The translations under genes were made by a program, and so were the position numbers. The notes beneath the pieces were generated by a model. That model saw only the letters and a program-made list of their open reading frames with translations. It did no database searches and had not been told where the DNA came from. Source: Nemertoderma westbladi (Eukaryota; Animalia; Xenacoelomorpha). From it: a stretch of DNA of 64,000 bases. Location of the stretch: the NCBI GenBank assembly GCA_032718475.1, contig JAUCBJ010006471.1, forward strand, positions 5,973-69,972. The letters are read 5' to 3'. Shown one piece after another: positions 1-12,092 of this stretch; the stretch's first letter is position 1; each line of letters begins with the position of its first letter.

Positions 1-384
1 TGGTTTAGCCGAGACACGAGGATCTGAACTTTGCATTCCTAATACTCTGCTTACCAATAATACTTGAATATAGTAGTGGCTTTATTGTACTTTAGTAAGT
101 ACGGACATTTCATCTTACTGTAGTTACGTATTTGTAATGTAATACGGACAGTAAGGAAGGAGAAAAAGAATTATTTCTCGCCGTCGCACTAAATATAATA
201 TACAAGTAATTAAGTAATAAACACTAATATATTGCACTAATCTACTAAATAATCGCTAAATAACATTTGACTAAATAAAATTAAAGAAAACGATTATAAT
301 AAAATTACATAATAATACATACATAATATAAAATAATAAAAATAAATATAAAATAATGTAGTCACACACCCACTCCGTATGTTG

Positions 385-1455
385 TTACGTTATGGAGTCC
401 CTAGATATTTGTCGGATTAGGGAGGTGGTCGTGGGAAGAGTATCTTGCCTTCCATAGTTTCCGGACAGTTTTCGGTCTCTTTCCAGTAAACATAAACGAC
501 CAGCTGGGCGATTGAGTGGTTGTGTTACTTTCTCCGCTCCCTTGGCCTGTCTAATCTTCGCCGGGTTAAGATGGGGAGGCCATTCATCTTCTTTACTTAG
601 GAAGTCGGGTTCACCTATCCAGTCTGGAGTATCTGTAAGTTCTTGAGGAGTTGCTCCTCTGGAGGCGATGTCGGCTAGATTGATCGTCTCGGGGCAATGT
701 CTCCATTGATCTACATTGGAGTTGATGTCGTCATTATCTGAGGAGTATGGTGTTCCCTCAGTTGGGTCATCAACTTCACTGCTCTCCACTTCCCGTTCAC
801 TTAATTGATATACCTGTTCTTTTGGTAATCTTTCCATAAGAGTTCTACGAGAAGGGCCAGTAAAGTACCAACCTACTCTAGTTCTTCCCGCATAAACTTG
901 TAGAGGTTGCGGTTGAGCAGGCCGTTTCTCCAATGTCTCGAGCGCTTCATGCGCATTTTGACCGATGAGTATTTGGACTCCAGGGTAATCGGTGTTGAAT
1001 CTAGGTATTTCAAACTGCTGGGTGAAATCGTCCTCATCCCAGTTATAAGGTTCCACTTGGCTGGTCGCGAAGTTCTTTATCGCTAACATTTTTACTGACC
1101 TTATGCTGTGTTCTCCTAGTTCATCCTGGGGGGTGGACAACGCACCTACATAATAATCTGCGATTACTGTAGATTTCCAAACCTGCATAATTCCTGACAT
1201 GTTTAGCTTAGTTCGGAACTTGGGTTGTCCAGCAAAGATGTCTTCGGCTAGTTCTTTGTCGATGAATGTTCCTGTACTACCGGAGTCAAGGAGGGCGTTC
1301 ACTACATAACTCCTTTTAGGTCCGTGGACCCTTACCTGTACTACAGGAAATTCTCGGATTCCTACATTGGAAGGTGGTGTTTTCCAAGATGGTTGTCTGT
1401 CAGAAGTAGTTAGGGGGGGCTCGCTGTCGGTGTCTTTTTCATTCGTAAGAATTTT
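385..1455 (-). pseudogene. Deleted pol: aspartic protease fused in frame to RNaseH C-terminal and integrase-tail remnants
   Basis: Same frame as gag after one TGA; VNALLDSGSTGTFI, ILIGQN, TRVGW, WRHCPETINLADIASRG; no RT YxDD or integrase core. Confidence 0.8.
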
Positions 1456-4400
1456 TCATTCGGAGAATTCGTCCGTATAGAATCCTTCCATCTCAGAATA
1501 TTGATCAGTGTCGTTCACATCACTGAATTGGACATGTGGTTCGGACTCACTTACCTGACTCGGGCTGTTTCGTTCGAATTCCGTGTGCAACAAGATATGA
1601 TGTTTTGCGCCGCACTTTGCACACCTTACGTCGGAGTAACAGGTTCGCCGTTGGTGTCCTCGTCTGAGGCAATTATAACACAACCGCTTATCCCACATGA
1701 CTTCACGTCTGTCCTTTAGTGATTTCCTCAGGAATTCATCACACGCACTTAAACGGTGGGGCCCATCGCACAGCACACATTTGGGCTTGATGTTACTTAC
1801 TTTAACATGTGCTGTGTGGTGCACGTTCGTTCTTTCCTCGGGCTTTCTCACCTGAATTCTCTTGGGAGACGTAGGAGGAGTTTTTCTTACCTGTTCTCTC
1901 CTGTCATTGGTTCGAGACTTGAATTTACTTACCTGGTCTTTAGGCGTTTTATTGACATAATAAGATCTTTCAGTGTCTTTCCCGCTATCCTCCCCTTGAG
2001 AAGTCTGGCTTTCGCCGTCGTCTGTATAACACACTGGTGTTACCCTTCTCCTAGAAACGGGTTTCTCACTTACCTTGTTTTCCAGTGTCTTCTCTCTGGA
2101 CTGCCTTAGGAGCTGTAATTTCACTTCTCTATCTAAGAATGACATGAGATCAGCCATGGTAGGGTCTCGTCGTTGTTGTTCCATCATATATAACACTTTC
2201 TTGTCCCAGCGTGTACCTACTCCACCCTTCGGTAAAGTAGAAGCCACTGCTCTAATAACCATAGCACTCTGATACTCATGAGACTTACCTAGCCAATCTA
2301 ATTGTCTGTAGATCTCCTGAATCTCATCGGAAAACTCTATAATCCCGCTGCTAATAAACTTTCGGGGCGCCATTAATTTTGCATACAAATACCTAGCTAT
2401 GTTATTCCTATTACCATACCTGATGTTTAGTGTATCCCAAACTTGTCTTAATCCGTCTGGATGTCCAATAAACTTTAACGCCATTAACTTGGGAGATCCT
2501 TCCAAGCACTCGATGAGGAATCTAAGTTTCTCTCCATTAGATAGCACAGAGTTCTGTATGTTATCTTTGTAATATTCATTAAAAGGTAACCATTTCATCT
2601 CATCTCCATTGAACTTGACGATCTCTCCCACCTTTACCGCTTGCCGGGCTTCGGTTCTAGCCATTTGATGCGTAAAACTTTCTTGGGCCATCGTGTTATT
2701 TAATATCGAGTTATCGGTATATAAATTTCTCGGATTATGATCCGGTCTATAGGGAATATCATTATCAACAGGTCTATAATTACCCTTAATAGGGTTCACT
2801 ATAGGAGTTTCTACTTCGCTAGCAGTATAGATGCGTGTAGGCTCCACACCTTGCGCATGAGATACTTCAGACCTAACAGGTTGACACATTGTTACGGGGG
2901 GTGTTGGTATACCCTTTTGTGTATTTACTAATTTATCGCGTTCTAGCGCGATACTTTGCTGCACTTCTTGCAACTCTAATCTACTTTCCCTTACTGTGCC
3001 CTTGAATTGCTGAACGGTCTCCTGCATCTGTCCGAGCAGGAGATCCATCCCCCGTCGTCTCTCATCCACCCATTCGACCGCCGAAGCGGGATTCGCCAAC
3101 GTTGTAGCGGGCGGACGAGGGACAACGGGCGACAAATCTTGAAAATTTCGCTCGGAGTACAGGGCATGAACTGTCTCATGGGCTGTTCTGCTGGGCACAG
3201 GTAGCTTGGTACTGTGCAAAGGGAATTTAGAGGTAGGTTCAGGGAGTACAGGTGTCTCTACGACCGAAAGGGTGGCTTCGGGAACAGGCCTAATTATTTC
3301 AGGCTCATCTACTATAGTAGGGAGTCTCTCTATTGTAATTATTTGGTCTGTGGGTTCTGTACTACCTAAGTTGGTGTTATTTAGTTGCCTTCGAACAGCT
3401 GGAGGCAAATCAGGCAATTTCTGACGGTGGGATGTTCTTTTACGTCTGCTTAGGTGAGATCTATTTCCTTTGCCTTCAGTGTCGGTGGTATCGCCTTCCT
3501 CAGATGATGTATAACCTTGTCTTTTGGGAGTAGATCGATTCATCATCTGCATATTACTAGCTGTTAACTGTTTATTAAAGTTGTCTTGCCTCTCTTGAAG
3601 ATTTTCCAACTCTAGTTGGGCGATCTCTTCAGCCGCTCTCCGTTCTGCTTCTGCCACCGCTATCTTTCTTTCCGCTTCTGCCGCTGCTGCCGCTTTTGCC
3701 TCTGCCGCTGCCGCTTTTGCCTCTGCCGCTGCTTCTGCCGCCTTTCTTTCTGCTTCTGCTTCTGCTGCTGCCGCTGCTGCTATCTTTCTGTCTTCTATAC
3801 GTTTTTTCTTTACTTGTTCTTCTTGGACTCTAGCGATGCGGAGTTGTTCATCAAATTTAGCTTGGTTCGCAGCTAACCTATCCACATCGATGGCGTCCAA
3901 CACACGCTGGGCTCCTTCACTATTAGGGCTAAGTCCCTCTAGTCTTCTCCTCAACTCTTCATCTCCTACAAAACGTTGATAGTCCGACAGATAGATGTCA
4001 ATAGCATCCCTCTTATGCGGTTTCTCTGCTGTCGCTTCACTTTCCACTTGGGAAAATGTAGCGTCTGTTGATTCTCCATGGGTTGAGCGCTCATCTAGTT
4101 GGGCTTTCCACTGAGCCGTTCCTTGAACCTGGAGACTCACCTTTTGAAACCAAGTCTTTGCAACTTGCAACGACGTGTCTTGTCTTCTTTTAGAAGCCTC
4201 CTCAAAGGCTGATAAGATTAGCCTGATTCGTAGAATTCTTTCTCTAACTTGATAAAGCAGTTGTCCCTGCTCTTGAGGTCCTTGGGGTTGTTGAAACAGT
4301 TGTTTTTCTACTCGCTCCATAGAGCTGAAGAATCCCTGTGCGTATCCGGCTGCGGACCTCTTCCACACAGCTGGATCGGTGGTCTCCTTGGCTACTCCCA

Positions 4401-4968
4401 TCCGGTGTATGTCTTCCCAGGCAGCTTCTGATAAATCAAACGGGAGTCCGGGTCCGGGGAAGTTCCATTGCGACTCGACCATAGACTTCAGTTCTTCCCT
4501 TGTGTATCCCTCATAACTATCTTTAGTTGATCGCTTACTTCTCGCCCAATCGATCTGGTGTTCTTCCACCGCGATCAATAACCTAGTGAGTACGGCCGCA
4601 GGCAGGATGAGAAGGGGATCCGAATAAACCGCATCCGTTATCTTTGCTCCGCGCTCGGGTGTCAGCTCTACAGTATCCTCACTACTGGAGCTGTCGGGCC
4701 GTTGAGAAATAAGTTCTTGGCTCGCGGGTTGTTGTTGTTCTGCTGCTTCTTGGTCCCGCTTGACCTGAGCTCGAGTGCCTATGATAGACCTACGGTGTTG
4801 GACCAGCCTAGGTTCTGTTATTACTACTGGAGGGATGACCTTCCTCACAGTGGGAGGTGAACTGAACTTAGGTGTAGACGGTTCTACACCCTTATCTGAG
4901 TCGCAGATAGTTACATCTAATAAACTGTCTGACAGGTTCTGCTTAGTATCAGACATGTTTGTTTGCAC
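1456..4968 (-). CDS. BEL/Pao Gag (1170 aa): Ala/Glu/Lys coiled coil, DUF1759-like capsid region, three zinc knuckles
   Basis: KFNGDEMKWLPF...LSNGEKLRFLIECLEG...LNIRYGN; CVLCDGPHRLSAC, CYNCLRRGHQRRTC, CAKCGAKHHILLH. Confidence 0.9.
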   Translation of the reverse strand: MQTNMSDTKQNLSDSLLDVTICDSDKGVEPSTPKFSSPPTVRKVIPPVVITEPRLVQHRRSIIGTRAQVKRDQEAAEQQQPASQELISQRPDSSSSEDTVELTPERGAKITDAVYSDPLLILPAAVLTRLLIAVEEHQIDWARSKRSTKDSYEGYTREELKSMVESQWNFPGPGLPFDLSEAAWEDIHRMGVAKETTDPAVWKRSAAGYAQGFFSSMERVEKQLFQQPQGPQEQGQLLYQVRERILRIRLILSAFEEASKRRQDTSLQVAKTWFQKVSLQVQGTAQWKAQLDERSTHGESTDATFSQVESEATAEKPHKRDAIDIYLSDYQRFVGDEELRRRLEGLSPNSEGAQRVLDAIDVDRLAANQAKFDEQLRIARVQEEQVKKKRIEDRKIAAAAAAEAEAERKAAEAAAEAKAAAAEAKAAAAAEAERKIAVAEAERRAAEEIAQLELENLQERQDNFNKQLTASNMQMMNRSTPKRQGYTSSEEGDTTDTEGKGNRSHLSRRKRTSHRQKLPDLPPAVRRQLNNTNLGSTEPTDQIITIERLPTIVDEPEIIRPVPEATLSVVETPVLPEPTSKFPLHSTKLPVPSRTAHETVHALYSERNFQDLSPVVPRPPATTLANPASAVEWVDERRRGMDLLLGQMQETVQQFKGTVRESRLELQEVQQSIALERDKLVNTQKGIPTPPVTMCQPVRSEVSHAQGVEPTRIYTASEVETPIVNPIKGNYRPVDNDIPYRPDHNPRNLYTDNSILNNTMAQESFTHQMARTEARQAVKVGEIVKFNGDEMKWLPFNEYYKDNIQNSVLSNGEKLRFLIECLEGSPKLMALKFIGHPDGLRQVWDTLNIRYGNRNNIARYLYAKLMAPRKFISSGIIEFSDEIQEIYRQLDWLGKSHEYQSAMVIRAVASTLPKGGVGTRWDKKVLYMMEQQRRDPTMADLMSFLDREVKLQLLRQSREKTLENKVSEKPVSRRRVTPVCYTDDGESQTSQGEDSGKDTERSYYVNKTPKDQVSKFKSRTNDRREQVRKTPPTSPKRIQVRKPEERTNVHHTAHVKVSNIKPKCVLCDGPHRLSACDEFLRKSLKDRREVMWDKRLCYNCLRRGHQRRTCYSDVRCAKCGAKHHILLHTEFERNSPSQVSESEPHVQFSDVNDTDQYSEMEGFYTDEFSE

Positions 4969-6295
4969 AGTTGAATGCCTACTGCTATATTACAGTCTAA
5001 GCAAGTCTAGTAATTCAGCATTAACTGCTAGCCTAGTAATTAATTACCGATACTGCTACTCAGTGTAGCGTGATATATATATAATATTAGAATACCGGTA
5101 TGCTTATGGTATATATAAGTATTATTACAGACTAGGTTTTTCACAAAATACCGGTATATAATCTTAGCACAAATATATATATATATAATAGGCCTATCGT
5201 GGATACCGGTATGCAGTTTACACTTATAGTATATATAAGTATAATTATTAACTAGAATTAATTACAGAATACCGGTATGATTTCAGCTTAAGTTTATGAA
5301 AATAAAGATAATAAGCCTATTGTAAATACCGGTATATCAATTATTTTAAATAACTGAATTTCTGAATTTTAAGGGTTACTTGGTTACTTTAACTTACTTT
5401 ATTGCCGTTATTTAAGCAGTAGTCCAACTGATATTGAGACCTAATTGTTATATGGCAGGCCTACTATTTATAAATCGTTTGAGTTGATTTATAATATATA
5501 TATATACCCGTTTAATGGGTTTTGTCAATGTTTGAAATAAATGTTATTATTTCTGGGGGAGTCACTACACATAAGCTGTGCGCTCTCAGTGGAGTGCTAC
5601 TTGTTAGACACTAAAACAAATAATTCTAATTTACCTAAGTTACTTAATACTACAAATTACGTACAATTCGGGTTGAGATTACAATCTCTAAATAAACACA
5701 AAAATTTAATTACAAATACACAAATACAAATTTTTAGGGTAATTTTACAAGAAGTCTACTAACCAGCCTAACAAAGGGTTAGAATATCTGGTTATTACAA
5801 CGGACAGGTTACTACGGTATTTGAAAATAATAAGTAGTAGTAAATATACTGCGTTGTCCAGATAGGAAAATACCACCGCCTGACGACCTATAACCGTATC
5901 GCTATAGGTACTACGTTATGTATCACGGAGTGTTCCTACCTAGAGATTAATTACCGCGGTCTACCAGAACCAACGTGCCTATTAACCACTTTACAACACA
6001 AATACACTGCCTACACACTAATCACCTTCGGAAAGTACTGTACACTAAACCCTAAATTAGGTACAAGTACTTGTTCAACAAATAATCAGTCGTTAAAAAT
6101 ACTTGAACAGCTAAAAGAACCACGGTATCTGCCGGAGTGACCAAAGCATAAAATCTCCAGTCTTTACCTACGCCGAGCAGCCCTGATGTAGTACCGGGGT
6201 TAGTTTAACTATAACGGTATGTATAACAAACACAATTACTGTAGGAATAAACTTGGGGAATGAATGTTGCGAATAATCGCATAAACTCTGAATAA

Positions 6296-6870
6296 TAAAT
6301 ATTACGCTACGCGTACAGACTATTCAAACAAAATGCAGACCAAATACTGACAGACTACTATCAAGCCTAAACAAACTACGGTATATGCAGACTCCGAAAT
6401 GATTAGTTAGTATGCGTTCTAACCCAGTAGTACGACTTATTCTTTCACAGGGGGTTTACCTCACAGCACTTGAAGCCCCTACTTTCCTAACTTAGCACTT
6501 TATCGGACAGATGCTCTACACACACCGAAATTTCCTCAAACCCAACAACAGCCAGACAACTATCCAGCCTACAAATTATCTAAATAAAATTATACGCTAC
6601 CCGTACAGACTACACAAACAAAGTACAGACCAAACGATGGCAGACTACTATCAAGCCCAAATAAACCACAGGACATGCAGACTCCGAAATGGTTAAGTAG
6701 TATGCGTTCTAACCCAGTAGTACGACTTATTCTTTAGATGGGGGTTTACCTTACAGCTATGGCTGCCCCTACTTCCTAACCGTTCTTTATCGGACATACA
6801 CTCTACATGCACTGCAATCCGTTCAGACCTAATCAACAGTTAGCCAACAGTCAAGCCTACAAATTATCTG
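6296..6870. repeat. Diverged tandem duplication (~290 bp x2) in the retroelement leader
   Basis: Shared blocks such as cagactactatcaagcc, tgcagactccgaaatg and tagtatgcgttctaacccagtagtacgacttattcttt recur ~290 bp apart. Confidence 0.85.
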
Positions 6871-8407
6871 TACAATCTGAGCAGGCTTACACGCCTTCTG
6901 CTCAATACTGGCTTACAAATAAATAAAACTGACAGAAATAGGCCTAAGTAAAATCCCAATAAAAACCAGGCGTCCCCGATTAATTATTAAGACCTACCGG
7001 TATATAATAATCAAATCGAATAATACTGCTGTACTTGTACTGTAAGTACCGGTTCGGATGATCAGGCAGTCAGGCCTACTGGTTACAGCAGTACAGGTTA
7101 CCGTTCGACCGGTACCGGTACTTTAGACTTGATTGCTTACGCCGCAATCCAGAAGCAATATCTGTTATTGTTTGCGCTTTTAAGACCTTTGACAGTTTAA
7201 CCTGCCAAATTAGGATGTCTTTTAGATGATATATAGTCTTTAGCCTATGACGAGTATTTGATACACTACATTAGCCGAAGCCAGTCTATGCGCAATCATT
7301 CACCCGCTGGATATACCCGGGAGACTGAATTCGGAAGCTTAATGATTGATGGTGTAAGCCTACTGTATTATTCGACTGATCGCAATATATAATCTCTGAC
7401 AAATATTATTCACTTTCGGGAAATATTAACAGTTCCTTTAGGACGTGGCGCTCTAATTATGTAAACAGAGTTATGACTTAAACTAGACACAACGAAAAGG
7501 CTATAGATTCACGTATATGGCGCATTCTTTAGGAGATGCTTTGTTATCAGTTACAATCATACACAATGCTGCACAATACTGCACACCAATCTGCCGACCT
7601 TCACTAATTTTAGTCACATACAAAGAGAATAACAGACAATACATGTAGGGCCTATAAAATAGCATTAGATTCACTTCAAACCACTTAACATAGGTCGCAA
7701 TCGTTTATCTGTAACCGGTCTCTCTAACCTTTAGTATATCAAGAAGGTTGGGTGTCTGACTATTGATCAGTATTCCAAATATAATCTTCCATCAACAAAT
7801 ATAATGAATAACCGACAGCAAAAGCAGTAATGTTAAGTAAGATATGCATGATATGTTTAGGTAAGATCGTAATTAACTCGATAACAGATATACGTTCTAT
7901 AATTAAGCCTACTAATGTAAGACTAAAGACTGAAACACGGAGGTGCCAAAAGCCGGTGTTCTTAGGCTCTGGGCAAAAACATAACACTGAATTCCTGAGT
8001 TTCTGTATCCACCTCCAACACAGAGACAAAAAACGCTCTGATTGGTCGACCGAACAACGAGAGAACAAAGAAACAAAGAAATGTCGACGTGGCAATATCA
8101 GCTGTTAGCCGTCGTCATGGTAGCGACACTGTTTTCAAGAGTATCGAGCTTATTGCGTCCCGAAATTGCGGATTATGTCCTCTAAAGTACAAATACAGAA
8201 GAAATGGCTTTTATGTCCTCTAAAACACCAGTACAGTAAGGACACGGCCTTTTTATGCCCAGTAAACCAACTACAGAGTACTTTACGGGGAAAATAACCG
8301 GCTAATTACGCAAAAGCTTTTACAGAGTCTCATCAGGATGGGAATCAGAATATGTTCTGCAAAGGTAGATGCTATTGGGATGCCAATTTGGAAATCATTA
8401 ACTTTAA

Positions 8408-8852
8408 CCATATTAAACCCGGGGGGGGTCAATATGACCCCGGTGGTTTTTTTATTATAATTCTGAAACAAACGCAGTTGGGAATCTGAAATTACATGAC
8501 TTTTCCTAAAAATCTATTGTCTTCCTAGTAGGGAAAACCGTTTTCAAAAATATTGGGTAGTTTTCGCGTTTTAGTACTATTTTTAACCCTACTTTTAGCA
8601 CTTTTTTGAGAAGTTTTTTTGAAAATAACATTTCATTAAATATGATTTGTATCATCTCTATTTTTGATTTACACCGGTTTTTTTGGTGTTAGCAATTGGA
8701 TGGAATTCATATAAATTTATTTAGAAATTTCAAACTTGTTTCTTTCGGCGGGTGCCAAATTTTGGTGCCAGCATCAAACTTTCGTCGGGTGCCCCCCCCC
8801 CCCCCCCCCCCCCGGTATTTGTACAGCATTTTATAGCCCGGTACTAATGGGG
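8408..8852. mobile_element. Short piggyBac-type non-autonomous element (relative of 44235-45703)
   Basis: TTAA at 8404-8407 and 8853-8856; ends CCATATTAAACCCGGG / CCCGGTACTAATGGGG; sequence shared with both ends of the longer copy. Confidence 0.8.
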
Positions 8853-9024
8853 TTAAAGAACTGCAATACTTTTCCAATTCGAGGGTCAGACAATTGGTTG
8901 TACTTTCTGAAGACTTCTTCAAGATAATATAACTATATGCAAGACCATCAAGCAAAAGCAATGTATGTTCCGAATTCTATGGAATTCTTGAAGAAATACA
9001 TGTTAAAATTGTATGACTATTATA

Positions 9025-9146
9025 TTTGTTTCCTATTTGGAAGGATACCATTTATATTTGTTTCCTATTTGGAAGGATACCATTTATATTTGTTTCCTAT
9101 TTGGAAGGATACCATTTATATTTGATTCCTATTTGGAAGGATACCA
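9025..9146. repeat. 32-bp tandem repeat, ~4 copies
   Basis: Unit tttgtttcctatttggaaggataccatttata. Confidence 0.95.
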
Positions 9147-9439
9147 TAATGTTGGATATTAAAACAAAGGAAGACATAAAGCACTCTACAAATATGATGC
9201 TACTTTGTCGAATAACAATATCCAGCTCTACTCTGCAATCCTGCTGCTTAGAGCTAACTGGTCAAGATGGTATTTTGTTTCAATGGAAGGCGAAAAGATC
9301 AGGTCATACACCAATGTCACCAGGATGGTCTGAGATATTTATAAAAGCTCTAATTTCTCTCTTTCTTGTTATCAATGTTGAAGATGTAGTAAGTGCTAAG
9401 AAATATTTACTAAGTTCCTAATACTTATTTCAAACTTAC

Positions 9440-9470
9440 CATTCTTTTTGACTTTTTAGTTGGTGGTAGG
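9440..9470 (-). CDS. Possible LGR C-tail micro-exon (NLPPTKKSKRM)
   Basis: ttttaag| acceptor, |gtaagt donor and correct phase (2-0); no homology support and the downstream exon is unresolved. Confidence 0.45.
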
Positions 9471-9769
9471 CTTAAAAGTTGTATGATATATATAAATAAT
9501 GTTAATCAGTACATAAAGTTAAGTTCTATCTTCACAAAACGTTCTATCTTGACTAAATGTCTTATGAAAGACTTGCTAAACATACTAATATTTAAAATCA
9601 TATACATCATACATAATAATGTTTAAATTTATATACAATTAGTTATGCAAAACGAAAAATGGAATGATAAGGTTCACAAATTTTGTGTACATGAACACAC
9701 CATGTTCTTAGTGCTTAAAATGTTAAAAACAATTTTGTTGATGTTTACATAAAAATGCAGGTGACTCAC

Positions 9770-9978
9770 TTGAGCAAGGATGATCGCACTCTCCCCGCCA
9801 ATGTAATTCTCCAATTTAAATTGGAAGTTCTGCTTGGAATGGTGTAACCCAGGTCATCCTTTGGGGTTATGAGATTATGCCATAGTAATTTACAATCTTT
9901 CTTAAATTGCTTGGTGACAATCGCATATAGAAAAGGGTTGGCACATGAATTAACTGGTAAAATAAAGACTGCAATTAC
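9770..9978 (-). CDS. rk: LGR exon, TM7, helix 8 and C-tail
   Basis: 209 bp, tttcag|...|gtgagt; VIAVFILPVNSCANPFLYAIVTKQFKKD. Confidence 0.93.
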
Positions 9979-12059
9979 CTGAAAAAAATTTAATAATATA
10001 TAATGCCTAGCATACCTGGTAAAAAATTGTTTAATTATTAATTACATTTAATAAAATACTTTTCATTTTGGAGATAACAAAGTGACCCAGTGATATTGGG
10101 ACGTTGCCAATAGTGGTGGAATTTGTCGTTTTCGATTGTGTGTCATGCTATTTAGACATGATAAAAATTAAAATAATGAATAAAATCTATATATATGACT
10201 AACTAAACGTGACCCTACAATATAATGTATAGCCCAGCAATTAATTTTCTATATTTCTTATCGCTTTATTATATTATTTCAGCAATAAAGCTATCAGTAG
10301 TTGCTGTGTGAGGACGAGCGAAGCGAGCAAACGTTTGTAATATAGTGGTGGACAATATGGTGGACAGATACGGATCAGTAAGTTTGTGAAAGGAATCAAC
10401 TAAGGAAGGTCGACGACTTCCAGTACCTTGGATCATGGATAGAGAGTAGCTAAAAGGACATAGAAGTTAGGAAAGCAAAGGCTTAGGTAGCTCTATCGAA
10501 AATGGATACCATCTGGAAATCAGATCTCTCCAGGCACCTGAAGACTAAGTTATTTCGAGCCACAGCGGAAAGTGTATTTTTATACGGGGTTGAGACCTGG
10601 ACACTGACTAAATCACTTGAACAACGAATTGATGGTTGCTACACAAGACTACTAAGGGCAGCCATAAACATCAGCTGGAGACAATGTATGACAAACGCCG
10701 AGCTTTATGGTACAATACCTCCTGTATCAACCACCCTCCACGAAAGCAGATTAAGATTCAGTGGGCACTGCTGGCGAAGTAAAGATGCAGTCATACCAGA
10801 TTTACTTTTCTGGCAACCAACTCATGGAAAGTGTAGTCGTGGACGACCGGCCATAACATATATAGATCAACTTGAAAGGGATACTGACTTGGGAGAAACG
10901 AAATTGCGACAACTATGGATAATCGGGAAGCCTGGAAGGATCTCACATTGGGACAATTAAAAAACATATTGAAAAGTTCAAAGTTATTTTTGTGGAGAGC
11001 CGGCAAACAATTATAAAAATCTCCAACTCTATTGGAAAAGTCAGTGTCTGAGAATGTAATCCATCTGCTGCCACTACCTTCCTTCCTGTAGTGTGAATCC
11101 AAGATAATCTCCCTTTGTGGCCATCCTCATTGCGTAATCCAAGATAATTATTAATAGAAATGGCAAGTGAGCTTATTTATCACAATATAACAATCCAATG
11201 CCAATGACAATTACTTCTGGTATTCCATAAATGTTTAGGATTTCTGTATGCCTAGCAGTTAATGAACTGCTACAGCTACTGCTACTATTTCTCAACTATT
11301 TGTTGCTAATGACATAATCCAGCTGTGCTATGTTCCATTAGTGTATTGTAAGGTCCACAGCTGCATCCCCTTACTCTTTTCGAATATGGCGTTTTTTGGT
11401 GTCTACTCACATTCTCCATTAAATCTAAGAGTAAGCACCCGTTTCTGTTTGAACTGATGCTTTTGGTGTAACGCATGGTGTCTTCCGGGCCAATTTGCAC
11501 AATCAGGTTACCAGCAATGACTTTGTAATTGTGTTTCAGAACGTCCTTTATAAGTCCAGTCAGATCTTCATAAAACTTGACTGCCTGTTCTGGATCTGTT
11601 GCATTGGTTGGCAGAAGCAACACATTACTCTTTACTTGTTCAAATGTTGCAATCATGACTCTGGGATTTATAGATTATTTGATGTTGTTTGGTGTCTGAA
11701 GTGCAAATGGGAATGACGTAGCAGACCCTACTCCACCATTGATGAATTGGCCGAATTTCTTTAAGCTGAGCTAGTTAAAAAACTTAATAAGCTTCTTTAT
11801 ATTCTATCTTCTGTTCCAGTAGCCGCAACAACGATATAATCACCAAATTGGAACAAATTACAGTGCTTCTGAAGGAGTACAAACCAAAGCTGTTCAGCAC
11901 TGCTGTCACAAGTCTTGTGTCAGTATTGGGAAGGTTAAAATGAAAACTAAGCGAAAATGGCAGACAAAATTACAGCTAAGTCAAATAAATATTAATTTAA
12001 TTTAATCAGGACATAAGTAGCTACGATTAAAAATAACATACAAAAAGCACAATGAGTAT

Positions 12060-12092
<33 letters not shown>

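Larger units (their letters stand above)
1..7200 (-). mobile_element. BEL/Pao LTR retrotransposon, internally deleted (gag and protease kept, RT and IN lost); ends approximate
   Basis: Pao-type gag, DSGS protease, WRHCPETINLADIASRG RNaseH C-terminal motif, RPAGRLCLLE pol terminus, then a purine tract GGAGTGGG followed by TG (~368) opening a presumed 3' LTR that runs off the left edge. No matching 5' LTR found. Confidence 0.8.

Noticed and set aside
1-26. tggtttagccgagacacgaggatc resembling a tRNA-Phe primer-binding site
   Set aside because: Several mismatches, wrong strand for the gag, and cut by the window edge.
1501-5068. Many short plus-strand ORFs opposite gag
   Set aside because: Antisense shadows of the long ORF.
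5880-5915. CTGACGA plus hairpin, a possible second hammerhead
   Set aside because: The stem is followed by TAC rather than GAAA. Other CTGATGA hits (12571, 29639) also lack the GAAA core.
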